Shown here: piece by piece, positions 45,159 to 56,620 of the stretch
How the letters are laid out: each line of letters starts with the position of its first letter
Numbering within the stretch: the first letter of the stretch is position 1
IMG/VR virus record: IMGVR_UViG_2854078061_000001
Location: 44,150 to 108,149 of that record
Origin: a virus
Taxonomy: Duplodnaviria; Caudoviricetes
Strand: one strand, 5' to 3'
Length of the DNA stretch: 64,000 nucleotides
Made by a program: the position numbers and the translations under genes
Notes under the pieces: generated by a model
Told to the model about the DNA's origin: nothing
Seen by the model: only the letters and a program-made list of their open reading frames with translations
Database searches by the model: none

Positions 45159-48100
45159 ATGGCACTATCTTTTGGAGAATCTAAGCGGTTGGCTGCGAAA
45201 AAAGCTGCAAGCCCCGCAAATGTTTCTGTTGATGATATAGATGTCGCAACTCTGGAATTAAATGACGAAGACCAAATTGCCGTGTATGATGATAACGGAG
45301 AAGAGACATTTGAGCGTAGTGGCAATTACACCTGGTTTGCTGATTACTCTGATGACCAGTGGTCTTACATCGACAAAAACAAAGATATTCAGCTGGATGC
45401 AAATCAGATCAATATTACACAGGAATCCAACTCGCAAGTTATTCCGTTTGAAATGCCGCGTTACTACGATGGTATTGACCTGCTTCAGATGACGATTCAG
45501 ATCCACTACCTGAACGCAGACAGAGAGGAAAATTACGCTTCCCCTATCAACGTGAGCTACAGCAATACCAAGATCCGCTTCTACTGGCTGGTAGCAAATG
45601 ATGCTACTGCAAAAGATGGCGAGCTGCAGTTTGAGATCATGGCATCCGGCGCTGTGAATGTCCCGAATACAAGCACCACCAAGAGCTATCTGTGGCGCAC
45701 CCGCCCGAATGGCCGATTGAATGTGCTGAAATCACTGACCGGCAAGCAGATGGTCGATCCGAGTGGCAATGACTGGTATACCCAGTTCCTGGCAACAATG
45801 AGTCAGAAGGTTGGCGAAGCACAGGTTGCCGCATCCGCTGCTGAGAAGAGCGCACAGGACGCAAAGAATGCAGTTGCAAGTGTGGATGAAAAGCTGGCGC
45901 AGTTCTATAAGAAGGACGAGGTTGATGGCTTTGTTACGATGCTGCGTGGTGAGATTGCTGCCGTTGATGGTCTGGCAAATTTCAATGTGCAGTATGACAA
46001 CGATACTCGCACCCTGACGTTCCTGAATGGCGCTGAAGAGATCACAAAGATCAAGTTGAACACTGACCCTTCTGCTGAGTGGGTGAGCATGTATAATGGT
46101 ATTGTGGACAATAAGATCAGCACTGCTGTGACCCCTGTTCAGACTGAGCTGACTGAATACAAGACCGCAAATGATGCCGCTGTACAGGAGCTGAAGAATA
46201 GTGTTGGTGACCTGCCTGAGACCCTGAAGTCTTCCTATTATAATAAGAAAGCTACTGACGCATTGCTCGATAAGAAAGCAGACAAGACAACCGTTGACGT
46301 GCTATCCAGTGATGTGAGCGGCCTGAAGAATACGGTTGGCGGCATTCAGACCTCTGTTGACCTGGCCAATGCGGATATCGCTAAGATTCAGGAAACCTTG
46401 AAAGACTTTAAGCCCGATGAGAATTCTGGCCGCGAATACGATATCACTTACGAAGATTCCAAGCTGAACCTGTTGGAGAACGGTACGGTCAAGACCACTG
46501 TTATCATTGAAGGTGGCGGCGGTGGCGGTGGCAGCACTTCTACGATCACCATTGAGCGTATTGGTGAATCTTCTATCGCTGTTGTTAAGGGTGACACCGC
46601 AACTGTCGAGTTTAACTTTACTTCTGTGGACAACTCTGGCGAAGACACTGGCGATGCTACTGGCGTATGGTACGTTGGAAATACAAAGGTCGCCACTTCG
46701 ACTGTCTACCAGGGCAAGAACAGCTTTGATATCACCCAGTATTTGCACAATGGCGACAACAAGATCAAATTACAGGTCACTGATTCCGTTGGCAGCATGG
46801 GTTCAAAGACTTGGAATATCAATATTGTCGAGTTTTATCTGGAGAGTATCTTCGATGATTCTCTGGTTTATAGTGGTGAAGTTACTTTCCGCTTTACTCC
46901 ATACGGAAATATCAATAAGGACGTTTCCTTTACTCTGGATGGCAAAAAGCTTGGTAGTGTTACAACTGCGGTTACCGGCAGACAGATGACCTATGCGATT
47001 CCGGCACAGAGACACGGCGCTCACCTGCTGGAAGTGACCATGACTGCAAATATCAATGGCAAAGCTGTGACCAGTAATACCATTTATAAAGATATCATGT
47101 GGGCAGAGGAAGGCAATAACACACCGATCATCAGTTGCGCCACAAAGGAGTTCACCGCAAAACAGTACAGTACCACTGGCATTGTTTACACTGTCTATAA
47201 CCCGGCCTCTTCTACTGCAAGCATTACGCTGGAAGTTGACGGCATTAAGACTTCTACACTGACTGTTGGTCGTACTGCTCAGACTTGGAGCTTTAAATCT
47301 TCTGATATTGGCACCCACACACTGACCATTACTTGCGGCGCTACTATTAAGAGCATCACCGCAAAGATCGAAGACCTGGGTATCACCATTGAGCCAGTTA
47401 AAACCGGTCTGATGTTGGACTTTAACCCAGCTGGCCGCAGCAACGCAGACGTGAACCGCCTGTGGAGTTCCGGCAGCAATAAGATGACTGTCAGCGATAA
47501 CTTTGACTGGGTGAACGGTGGCTACCAGATCGACGAAGATGGCGACACTTACTTCTGTGTCAAGGCCGGTACGACTGCCACCATCAGCTATAAGCTTTTC
47601 GCAGACGATGCAAAGAAGAGCGGCAAGAATTTCAAGCTGGTGTTTAAAACCACGAACGTCCGCAACTATGATGCTACTGCCGTGACTTGCTTGAATGGCG
47701 GTGTTGGTCTGAACATTCAGGCTCAGAAGGTTACGCTAACCAGCCACCAGAACAGTATTGATCTGCCCATCTGTGAGGACGATTTCCTCGAGTTCGAGTT
47801 CAATATTCTGCCGGACAAACAGTTCCGCGAGATGGTTCTGTGGTGTGACGGTATCCCTTGCCGTGTTGAACTGTACGATACCAGCGACAGCTTTACTCAG
47901 GCTGCTCCCGTTGGCATTACTATTGGCTCTGACGATTGTGACGTTATCGTGTACCGCATGAAGAGCTACGGTATGAACCTGACGGATGATGAGATTCTGG
48001 ACAACTTTATTGCCGATGCGAAGAACGCCGAAGAGATGGTCTCTCGCTATATGCGCAACGACATTACGGATGCGAGCGGCGAACTGACCCCTGACTTGCT

Positions 48101-51100
48101 GGCAGAGAAATGCCCCGATCTGCGTATCATCAAGATCTCCGCACCTACTTTCACAACTGGCAAGAAGAACGAGGTCGCCAACACTACGATCCAGCAGATC
48201 TATAAGAATGGTCGTGCTAAGGAGGATAACTGGACTGCTACCGGCTCCCACAAGGGTCAAGGCACCAGCTCCGACCACTATGGCGCATCTGCTCGAAATA
48301 TTGATATTAACTGCAAGGGCGGCTTTACGTTTGGTGATGACACTACCGGTGACACCTATGCACTGACCGAAAATAGCGTTCCTGAGAAGTATTTTAACAT
48401 CAAAGTCAATGTTGCTTCCTCTGAGAATGCAAACAACTCCCTGTTGGCGGATGATTTCAATGAATTTAACCCCTATGTGCGTCAGGCTAAGAAGGATAAT
48501 CCCAAAGTGCGTGATACCATGGCGTTCTATCCCTGTGTTGTGTTTATTCAGGAGACCGATACCACCAATGCGACCGTATTTAACGATGGTCAGTGGCACT
48601 TCTATGCCTGCGGCGACATTGGCAACTCCAAAAAGAACAATGATACGATGGGTATGGACCCCGAGAATCACAAGGAATTTATCGTTGAGATTGACAACAA
48701 CGCCGATGAGCAAACCCGCTTCCTGAGCGGCGATTTCTCACAGGAAACTTGGGATGGCGACCACTCCTTTGAGTTCCGTTACAGCAACCCTGCCTGCACT
48801 GAGGAAGAAATCGAGGCTGGCAAACAGGCGTGGATCACAGCTCAGAACTGGGTGGTGAATGCGGATGACGAGGAATTCAAGGCACATTTCAAGGATCACT
48901 TTGATCTGGATTCTGCTATTTTCCATTATCTGTTTACTGAGCGTCACACCATGGTTGATAACCGTGCAAAGAACGTGTTCCCGCACACCAGCGATCTGGT
49001 TCACTGGGACTTCTGCTTTGACTACGATAACGATACCGCCATGGGCAATGATAACGAGGGTGGTCTGACTCTGACTTATGGCTATGAGGACACTGATACT
49101 ATCGGCACAAAGAATGTGTTTAACGCTGCGGATTCCAAGCTGTGGTGCAAGCTGCGTGACCTGTTCCCCGATGAGATAGCAGCGATGTTCCGCAACCGTG
49201 AGAATGCGCTGGCATGGAGTGCGACTCGTATTTTGAAAAAGTTCGAGGAATATCAGGATGTGAAGCCTGAAAAGCTTTGGATTATGGATATGCGGCGCAA
49301 ATATTTCCGCACCTACGAAGATCCCACCATCAATACCACCAGCTATCTGCCTATGATGCATGGTAACAAGCGGCATCAGCGTCGGCAGTTCCAGCGTTAT
49401 CAGGAAAAGTACATGACATCTAAGTATTCCGGTTCTGCTGCAACCAGTGATGATATGACCATTCGTGGCTATACTCCAACCAACTGGACTGGCGTGAAAC
49501 CGGACGGCACATTCCATATCACACCATACGCTGATACCTACGTCTCTGTTCTGTACGGCTCCAACCCTGTGAAGGTGCGTGGCAAGCGCGGACAGACCTA
49601 CACGATTGAATGCCCCATCACCGCAATGAATGATACTGAAGTTTATATCTATAACGCTTCTATCATTCAGAGCATTGGTGATATCTCTGGCTTCTATCCT
49701 GGCTATGTTGACTTCAGCCACGGTGTTAAGCTGACAGAGCTGAAAGTAGGTTCCGGTGTGAGCGGCTATAAGAATACGAACATGACCGATTTCGCTGTCG
49801 GTAATAACACTCTGCTGGAACATTTGAACTTGCAGAACGTGCCGAACTTGAAGAAATCTATTGGTCTGACCGGATGCACCAGCCTGACTGAGTTCTATGC
49901 TGACGGCTCTGGTATTACCGGTGTCTCTTTTGCAAGCGGCGGCAAGATCAAAATCGCCCACCTGCCTGCAATTGCCAGCTTGACCGCAAAGAACCTGAAC
50001 TATCTGACTGACCTGACGATTGAGGATTACACCAATATCACTACGTTGACCGTTGAGAAGTGTGCAACCATCGATCTGAAAGATATGCTGGGCAAGTGCA
50101 CCAACCTGAACCGTGTGCGTATTACCGGTATTGATTGGGAACTGGCTGATACTTCCCTGCTGAATCGCCTGTACGCAATGAGCGGTCTGGATGAAAATGG
50201 CTACAACACTGACAATTCTGTCGTGGAAGGCAAAGTTCATGTACCCATCATCCGTGAGCGTGAGAAGCTGTTGTACACAGAGCGCTGGCCTGATTTGGAG
50301 ATCACCTACAACACCATGATCAACCAGTATGCTTGGAAGTTCGTGAATAAGGATGGCGCTGTTCTGGATATCCAGTATATTGACAAGGGCGAGCGTGCAG
50401 TTGACCCTGTGACCCGCTCTGACAATCCTATCCCGACACCTACCTTCCCGAGTACCATCAGTACGGTATTTACATTCAGTGGCTGGGACACCGAGTTCAC
50501 TCCTGTTTTTGAAAATCAGACTGTTACTGCTGTATACGATGAATCTGTGCGTCAGTATCGTGTACGCTATATGAATCGCGGCGCTGTTCTACAGCAGACA
50601 ACTGCTCCGTATGGCTCTATGGTTCTGTATGATGGCGACACTCCGACCTATACAAGCGAAGAGACTGCTTATAAGTATTATCTATTCAGTGGCTGGGACA
50701 AAGGCGGCTATGTCAATGGCGACAAGGATATCAATGCTGTTTACGACATATGCGAATACGTCAGCGGCTACTTCAGAGACAAGCAGCTGAGTGACCTACG
50801 CCCTGTTGAGATTTATGCCATGACCAAGGTGAATCTGGAGCAGAGTGTTGTTTCTGACAAAGACGCTATCACCATCAAGATGGGCAACGACTTCACCTTT
50901 AGCGACGTGGAAGAGAAAGTTTTGTTCAACGAGCCGAAGATCTTTACTGGCAAGAATTATGTCGATACCGGCGTATCTCTGTTGGCTGAAGACCGCAGCT
51001 GGGTTATGGCGCTGGACTATCGAATCGACGAAGATTCTGCCGCAAACTCTGTGATTGCTCAGTGCTTCCAGACCAATGGCATGAATGGTTTCCGCTTCTG

Positions 51101-51974
51101 GGTCAACAACGGCTCCAAGGTTGCATGGGGTACTGAATCCACCACCGGCGCACATCTTGGTTCTCGTGATATGATCGTTCTGCGCCATACCAAGGGCGAA
51201 AATGGTATTCACGTTTATGCGGCGAATACCACTGCTGCTGAAATCGGCTATATTCAGTTGAATCGTACTCGCACCACACAGACAAATGCCACTTTGGTGT
51301 TTGGTTGTGCTAAGGCAGACGACGGCGCTTACGAGCGTTACGCAAAAGGCACAATCTACTGGGGCAAGCTCTGGTATACCGATCTGGGTGACGCTGCCTG
51401 CCGGAAGTTGGCCGCATGGACACATGAGGACTTCACTTTCGAGGCTTGTGGCTTCAAACAGTATTACCTGAGCGATAATTCCAACAAGCGTTGTTCTATC
51501 AGCTTTATTCAGGCCGGACTGCTTGGTCAGAAGATGGCTCTGAATACTGGTTCCACTAACACTGGCGGCTGGGCAGATGCGAATATCCGTACATTCCTTG
51601 ACGGTCGTATTCTGAATGCTCTCCCGATTGGTTGGCAACAGATCATCAAGCAGGTCAAGGTTGGCAGTACCATTGGCGATAAGAGCAGCGAAGTTGTGAC
51701 TGCGGACAGTTATTTCTATCTGCCATCTGTGGCCGAATTGTTCCCCTCTCAGAATGTTGAGCCTTATATTTACGAAGGTACGGCAATCAGCTTTATGACT
51801 GATAATACCAGCCGCATCTGCAATGACGAGAATGGCAATCCCGCTGCATATTGGACGCGAAGCCCGAATGCTCAGTATGGCAGCTATTTCTGGTCTGTGA
51901 CTGTGACTGGCGAATATTACGGATTTACCCCTGCAAATAACGAACAGGGTATCCGCTTGATGTTCAGCGTTTAA
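45159..51974 (+). CDS. Giant multidomain tail/adhesin protein (BppU-like N-terminus, Ig/LamG, CotH-kinase-like, LRR-like, DUF6273-like C-terminus)
   Basis: 2271 aa; RYYDGIDL; HTMVDNRAKN...DYDNDT; LxxLxL repeats; FSGWD repeats; YWTRSP. Confidence 0.75.
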   Translation: MALSFGESKRLAAKKAASPANVSVDDIDVATLELNDEDQIAVYDDNGEETFERSGNYTWFADYSDDQWSYIDKNKDIQLDANQINITQESNSQVIPFEMPRYYDGIDLLQMTIQIHYLNADREENYASPINVSYSNTKIRFYWLVANDATAKDGELQFEIMASGAVNVPNTSTTKSYLWRTRPNGRLNVLKSLTGKQMVDPSGNDWYTQFLATMSQKVGEAQVAASAAEKSAQDAKNAVASVDEKLAQFYKKDEVDGFVTMLRGEIAAVDGLANFNVQYDNDTRTLTFLNGAEEITKIKLNTDPSAEWVSMYNGIVDNKISTAVTPVQTELTEYKTANDAAVQELKNSVGDLPETLKSSYYNKKATDALLDKKADKTTVDVLSSDVSGLKNTVGGIQTSVDLANADIAKIQETLKDFKPDENSGREYDITYEDSKLNLLENGTVKTTVIIEGGGGGGGSTSTITIERIGESSIAVVKGDTATVEFNFTSVDNSGEDTGDATGVWYVGNTKVATSTVYQGKNSFDITQYLHNGDNKIKLQVTDSVGSMGSKTWNINIVEFYLESIFDDSLVYSGEVTFRFTPYGNINKDVSFTLDGKKLGSVTTAVTGRQMTYAIPAQRHGAHLLEVTMTANINGKAVTSNTIYKDIMWAEEGNNTPIISCATKEFTAKQYSTTGIVYTVYNPASSTASITLEVDGIKTSTLTVGRTAQTWSFKSSDIGTHTLTITCGATIKSITAKIEDLGITIEPVKTGLMLDFNPAGRSNADVNRLWSSGSNKMTVSDNFDWVNGGYQIDEDGDTYFCVKAGTTATISYKLFADDAKKSGKNFKLVFKTTNVRNYDATAVTCLNGGVGLNIQAQKVTLTSHQNSIDLPICEDDFLEFEFNILPDKQFREMVLWCDGIPCRVELYDTSDSFTQAAPVGITIGSDDCDVIVYRMKSYGMNLTDDEILDNFIADAKNAEEMVSRYMRNDITDASGELTPDLLAEKCPDLRIIKISAPTFTTGKKNEVANTTIQQIYKNGRAKEDNWTATGSHKGQGTSSDHYGASARNIDINCKGGFTFGDDTTGDTYALTENSVPEKYFNIKVNVASSENANNSLLADDFNEFNPYVRQAKKDNPKVRDTMAFYPCVVFIQETDTTNATVFNDGQWHFYACGDIGNSKKNNDTMGMDPENHKEFIVEIDNNADEQTRFLSGDFSQETWDGDHSFEFRYSNPACTEEEIEAGKQAWITAQNWVVNADDEEFKAHFKDHFDLDSAIFHYLFTERHTMVDNRAKNVFPHTSDLVHWDFCFDYDNDTAMGNDNEGGLTLTYGYEDTDTIGTKNVFNAADSKLWCKLRDLFPDEIAAMFRNRENALAWSATRILKKFEEYQDVKPEKLWIMDMRRKYFRTYEDPTINTTSYLPMMHGNKRHQRRQFQRYQEKYMTSKYSGSAATSDDMTIRGYTPTNWTGVKPDGTFHITPYADTYVSVLYGSNPVKVRGKRGQTYTIECPITAMNDTEVYIYNASIIQSIGDISGFYPGYVDFSHGVKLTELKVGSGVSGYKNTNMTDFAVGNNTLLEHLNLQNVPNLKKSIGLTGCTSLTEFYADGSGITGVSFASGGKIKIAHLPAIASLTAKNLNYLTDLTIEDYTNITTLTVEKCATIDLKDMLGKCTNLNRVRITGIDWELADTSLLNRLYAMSGLDENGYNTDNSVVEGKVHVPIIREREKLLYTERWPDLEITYNTMINQYAWKFVNKDGAVLDIQYIDKGERAVDPVTRSDNPIPTPTFPSTISTVFTFSGWDTEFTPVFENQTVTAVYDESVRQYRVRYMNRGAVLQQTTAPYGSMVLYDGDTPTYTSEETAYKYYLFSGWDKGGYVNGDKDINAVYDICEYVSGYFRDKQLSDLRPVEIYAMTKVNLEQSVVSDKDAITIKMGNDFTFSDVEEKVLFNEPKIFTGKNYVDTGVSLLAEDRSWVMALDYRIDEDSAANSVIAQCFQTNGMNGFRFWVNNGSKVAWGTESTTGAHLGSRDMIVLRHTKGENGIHVYAANTTAAEIGYIQLNRTRTTQTNATLVFGCAKADDGAYERYAKGTIYWGKLWYTDLGDAACRKLAAWTHEDFTFEACGFKQYYLSDNSNKRCSISFIQAGLLGQKMALNTGSTNTGGWADANIRTFLDGRILNALPIGWQQIIKQVKVGSTIGDKSSEVVTADSYFYLPSVAELFPSQNVEPYIYEGTAISFMTDNTSRICNDENGNPAAYWTRSPNAQYGSYFWSVTVTGEYYGFTPANNEQGIRLMFSV

Positions 51975-51978
51975 GGAG

Positions 51979-52302
51979 GTGTTGAGAGTGTACTACAAGG
52001 TATTGAAAAATGGCCGGGTGATCGATGCTCTTGACCACCTGCGCTTTGTAAAGTATCAGCCCAAGCACGACATTATGGTGAACTGCGTGGAGGATGATGC
52101 ACAGGGAATTATCAGCAGTGATGGTAATCATATCTGGCATGTGGACGGGTATTATCTCATCCCATGTCCCGAGTATGACACCGTGGAACTGCAGGAAATT
52201 GACCTGTATGAATATGAGCAGCTGAAAGCCTTGGGTGGTAAAACGCCCGAGGCTATTATTGATGCTTACACTTTGAGTTTGATTCAAGGAGGGCTGCTAT
52301 GA
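51979..52302 (+). CDS. Hypothetical tail-associated protein
   Basis: ORF coupled to next gene. Confidence 0.7.
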   Translation: MLRVYYKVLKNGRVIDALDHLRFVKYQPKHDIMVNCVEDDAQGIISSDGNHIWHVDGYYLIPCPEYDTVELQEIDLYEYEQLKALGGKTPEAIIDAYTLSLIQGGLL

Positions 52303-52451
52303 ATGACGAGAGGAAGTATAGCGAGTTTGTTGAGAGTATGCATCGACTGTACAATGACGGAATGATTCAGGACAAGCTCCTGGACAATCTGTTTGCCGGG
52401 CACAAAATCTCAAAGGACGAGTATCTGTATATCATCAGGAAGGAGGTGTGA
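52299..52451 (+). CDS. XkdX-like small protein (50 aa)
   Basis: MNDERKYSEFVESMHRLY...KISKDEYLYII. Confidence 0.65.
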   Translation: MNDERKYSEFVESMHRLYNDGMIQDKLLDNLFAGHKISKDEYLYIIRKEV

Positions 52452-52452
52452 T

Positions 52453-53088
52453 ATGTATACCTTTTTGATCAATGAGGATAATACACTGACCGTAAGCAAG
52501 CGGGAACGCATTATGGAACGCAGTAAGCAGGTGGATACTCTACACTTTCTGGCTGACACTACATACAAGGATGTTGACATGAGTGAATTCACCGTGATGC
52601 TTGAGTATGTTCTGCCTATTAGCAAGCGCTACAAGACAGAGATTTTGAAGAAATCAGAAGAGCTTTATAAGAACAAGCTGGAGTATAAGCTGCCTATCGA
52701 CACCAACCTGACCAATGAGCCGGGCGATATCCAGATCCAGCTGACATTTGTTGATGTGACAATGGACCCAGATGGCACGACTGTTCAGCACGTGCGCAAA
52801 GTTGGTCCTGGCGTGATCACTGTTGTTCCCATCCAGAATTGGAGCGACATTGTTCCTGATGAGGCTTTGGGCGCACTTGACCAGCGCATTATCGCACTGA
52901 ATGCACAGATCAAGGCACTGAGTGATCGTAACAACGCTATTCTGGATGGTAAGGCTGATGACCTGAGCTACAACGACGACCATACCCTGCAGCTGCTGGC
53001 CAACGGTAAGCCCATCGGTAGTGCAGTCAAGATTACTCAGGAGAGCGTCGAAACTGAAGACGGTAGTTTGCGGGTGGTTCCGTTCTAA
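52453..53088 (+). CDS. BppU-like baseplate protein
   Basis: AGGAGG RBS before ATG 52453; LTNEPGDIQIQLTF. Confidence 0.7.
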   Translation: MYTFLINEDNTLTVSKRERIMERSKQVDTLHFLADTTYKDVDMSEFTVMLEYVLPISKRYKTEILKKSEELYKNKLEYKLPIDTNLTNEPGDIQIQLTFVDVTMDPDGTTVQHVRKVGPGVITVVPIQNWSDIVPDEALGALDQRIIALNAQIKALSDRNNAILDGKADDLSYNDDHTLQLLANGKPIGSAVKITQESVETEDGSLRVVPF

Positions 53089-53118
53089 GCCATCCGCTTC
53101 TTTTATAAGGAGGCAAAG

Positions 53119-53484
53119 ATGGCACAGGCTAAATATTCAAAGCTTGGATATGGTAACGCCGAAGATGTAGAAGCTGCGATTGCGCTGGGAATGTTGGACG
53201 GCAGGGATATGATCATCACAAAGGATTCCTCGGAGTTCATGTATGTGCGTGATGACCTATCCGTTCAAAAGATTCGTCCTCGCAATCGTTGTTTCGCCAG
53301 CGTTACTGAAGCAAACGAGCAATTAAATGAGACGGAAGACACTTATGCAGGTCAAACCGTTATGGTGAAAGACGAAAATGGTAAATATGCTCCGTGGATC
53401 GTTCAACAAAGCGAAGCCACGGGGCTTTTTTCTATTGAGCCTTTTTACGTTGAGCCGACAAATTTTGTTTGGCAAGAATTTTAA
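53119..53484 (+). CDS. Hypothetical tail protein
   Basis: AAGGAGG RBS; TYAGQTV. Confidence 0.7.
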   Translation: MAQAKYSKLGYGNAEDVEAAIALGMLDGRDMIITKDSSEFMYVRDDLSVQKIRPRNRCFASVTEANEQLNETEDTYAGQTVMVKDENGKYAPWIVQQSEATGLFSIEPFYVEPTNFVWQEF

Positions 53485-53499
53485 GAAAGTGAGGCAAAG

Positions 53500-54594
53500 A
53501 TGGCTAATGTAAATTTTGGCTACGGTACAAAAGCGAATTATGATAAGCTGACTACCAAAGATGCCAACACATTGTATTTTATTACAGACACGCGCCAGAT
53601 TTTCAAGGGTACTGATGAGTACACCAAGAGCTGCAAGCTGGTGAGCGCTCTGCCTGCAAGCGGTCAGATTCAGGGTCTGCTGTATATCCGTATGACTGAC
53701 TATACCTTCCACATTTGGAATGGCACTGAGTTCGTACAGCTGAATCGCCCCATTGTGACTGAGATTCCCAATGCGGATGCAAGCGACGACAATCTGCCCA
53801 CCACCAAGGCTGTGGCTGACTATGTGAATGCAAAGATTGCCGCAACCGAGGGCAAGGAAGGTCTGTTCGTTACGGATGTCACATACTCCCCTGCTACCGG
53901 CACTCTGAGTGTGGCAAAGAACGGTGCTCCTGTTCCAACCGTGATGAGCGGCCTGACCCATGATCCCACCTATGATGCTGAGACCCGCACCATCAAGCTG
54001 CCTGTGTTTGGCGGCGATGAGCTTGTGATCAATCTGGGCAAGGATCTGGTTGTGAAGACCGGTACATACAACACAAAGACCCACGAGATCGAACTGACTA
54101 TTACCACTGGTGAGGTCGTGAAGATCCCTGTTGCTGCTCTGATCGATATCTATGTTGGTGTGGTCACTCCTACTGCTGAGGTCACTGTTTCTGATGACAA
54201 TAAGATCTCTGTCAATGTTCGTGTGTCTACCAAAGGCAATAACAGTATCACCGTTGAGGAAGATGGTCTGTATGTTGCAGTGCCGGACGCTTACACTAAG
54301 GCTGAAGCAGACGCGAAGGTCAAGGTCGTTAATGACAAGCTGGACGAGCATATCAAGGATGCTGTAAAGCATATCACTGCTGACGAGCGCAAGGCTTGGA
54401 ATGCAAAGCCCACTCAGGATGAGCTGGCTGCTGCGAAGGCTGAGGCTATTTCTACTGCCGCCGATGACGCAACCACCAAGGCTAATGCTGCTTTGACTAG
54501 TGCAAAGACTTATGCAGATGGTCTGAATACCACTATGGATGGCCGTGTGCAGGTGCTGGAAGGCGCTATTACCTGGAAATCCCTTGATGGCTAA
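53500..54594 (+). CDS. Tail fibre/structural protein
   Basis: ANTLYFITDT, LPTTKAVADYV, HITADERKAWN motifs; strong codon bias. Confidence 0.75.
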   Translation: MANVNFGYGTKANYDKLTTKDANTLYFITDTRQIFKGTDEYTKSCKLVSALPASGQIQGLLYIRMTDYTFHIWNGTEFVQLNRPIVTEIPNADASDDNLPTTKAVADYVNAKIAATEGKEGLFVTDVTYSPATGTLSVAKNGAPVPTVMSGLTHDPTYDAETRTIKLPVFGGDELVINLGKDLVVKTGTYNTKTHEIELTITTGEVVKIPVAALIDIYVGVVTPTAEVTVSDDNKISVNVRVSTKGNNSITVEEDGLYVAVPDAYTKAEADAKVKVVNDKLDEHIKDAVKHITADERKAWNAKPTQDELAAAKAEAISTAADDATTKANAALTSAKTYADGLNTTMDGRVQVLEGAITWKSLDG

Positions 54595-54659
54595 TTGATT
54601 TGTTTCACCACATGGCAATGACGCTGTGTGGTGAATCTTATTAAGCAAAGGAGTTGAGT

Positions 54660-56084
54660 ATGGCAAATTTATCATTACGCGAGGTCGCACAGTCTCAGCT
54701 GGATCAAGCTCCTGTGATTGACGGCCAACTGATCGTATGTACTGATACTGGAAGCACTTATCGAGATATCGGCACAAGACGAATTCAAATCAGCAAAGAC
54801 TTGGAGATCGTAAGCTCGCTTCCGCTGGCTCCTTTGTCTAATAAGATTTACTACCTGCGTCCAGACAGCTTGTATGTTTATAGTAGCGATGACTGGATTC
54901 TTTTGAACCCATCAAAATTCACACTGGAAGCCGACAAAAACGCAGTCAATGGCGAAGTTAACATCAATTTAATCCTGAATGGTACAGCGCAGGATAAAAT
55001 CAAAATCGCTGGCGGTGGTGTGACTACAGTGACGACTGGCGAGACAGGCGATATCACGATTGATACCCCGCACCCGGATGAACTGCTGGCTGCACTGACG
55101 AATGAAGAGATCGACGCGATCACTGGCGGTATGGTTGATGATAGCGGCAATCCTCTGCCTACGCCGCAGGTTGTGGTGGATGCGACACTGACTGTATCTG
55201 GACATGCTGCTGATGCTAAAGCTGTTGGTGATGCTCTGACTGGGAAAGCGAGTGCAGAACATAACCACGATGACCGCTATTATACAGAAGATGAAATCAA
55301 TGTAAAGCTATTAAAGAAAAGCGATGATGGTCACACTCATGATGAGCGGTACTACCAGCAGAATGAGATCGATGAGAAGCTGAAGGTAAAGGCAAATACA
55401 ATCAATATCCACACACTAACTATTCCGACTACGAGTTAGCTTACTGACGATACGGTGGACCGATATTCAAAGTATATTGACCTCGACATCGACGGGATCA
55501 CCTCAAAGGATGTTATTTCTATCAGCGTGACACCGGCCAGTGCAAAAGTGGCCTCTTACGCCCAGTTTGCAAACCCGGAGACCTTTGATGGATATGTGCG
55601 TCTGAGAGCTGTATCAGTTCCAACAACTGAAATTACAGCTCAGTATTATATCGTGCAGGGCGGCGGACAAACAGATAGCGGTAGTGGTACGGTTGTTGAG
55701 GGATATACCAAGGCACAGGTGGACAATAAACTAAGTGAAAAAGTGTCATACAAAGATGTTTTATCACTTGAAGAGATCTCAACAAATGAAAATACTGCTA
55801 AAAAAATCGCTTCTGCAGAAGCATTAAAAAACAAAATCGGATGTGTAAGCCTTCCTATAAGTGGAGTAAAATTAAAAAATAAAACTGGAGAATGTAATTG
55901 GACAGTTCTTGATATTTCATTACCAGATGGGGCAATCGCGATAGGTCACGCAATGACAGGCGCTTGGCAGGAAGGTGCTAGCTACGAATTGTTAGATAGA
56001 AATAAATTAACCATTTCGAGCTCCTTGGTAACCGAACTACCAACAAATCGTGGAGATATGCTGATATACTATTACATTCCATAA
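54660..56084 (+). CDS. Tail fibre protein (474 aa, TAG 55437-55439 read through)
   Basis: AADAKAVGD, HNHDDRYY / HTHDERYY repeats; LTIPTTS*LTD. Confidence 0.75.
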
Positions 56085-56107
56085 ACAAAATAGGAGGATT
56101 ACGAAAT

Positions 56108-56212
56108 ATGGCAATCGGGGACTTAAATATCGTAGGGGTAGAAGCCTACCCTATTGGCTCGATTTATATGAGTTTTAATTCTACTGAACCGAGTAAAATA
56201 TTCGTTTTATAA
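56108..56212 (+). pseudogene. Truncated fibre/baseplate cassette (34 aa)
   Basis: AGGAGG RBS; YPIGSIYMS..STEPSKIF motif stops where homologous domains continue (GGTW). Confidence 0.65.
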
Positions 56213-56222
56213 GGAGGATTAT

Positions 56223-56606
56223 ATGGCACTAGGAGAAATGAATAGCGGGAACAAAACACTCCCTGAATGGAGTGAAGTGCAGAATAAACCATCTGAATTT
56301 AACCCTGCCACTCACATACATAATGACCTTTACCCTGAAGGAGATAATCGAAATGATAACACTTCTCCGTCTGATTATTATGGCGTTGATGGTGACTATA
56401 ACGGTCGGCTGATTTTTCGTGGTTTGAAGCTTAGTAGCAAAATTGGGCTGTCAAGTGGTCATGCATGTGCGTTTTTGATTGGTTTATCTTCTTGGCACGA
56501 TGCCTCAGGCGGCGGTTCCTTTGAATTCGCTTTTAGCAATGGTAACATTTACTATCGTCAAGGCACGACTTCATGGGGCGACTGGAAGAAAATTGCTACA
56601 GCTTAA
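56223..56606 (+). CDS. Fibre-tip cassette (knob-like)
   Basis: WSEVQNKPSEFNPATHIH; IYYRQG...WGDWKKI. Confidence 0.75.
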   Translation: MALGEMNSGNKTLPEWSEVQNKPSEFNPATHIHNDLYPEGDNRNDNTSPSDYYGVDGDYNGRLIFRGLKLSSKIGLSSGHACAFLIGLSSWHDASGGGSFEFAFSNGNIYYRQGTTSWGDWKKIATA

Positions 56607-56620
56607 AGGAGGTACGAATT

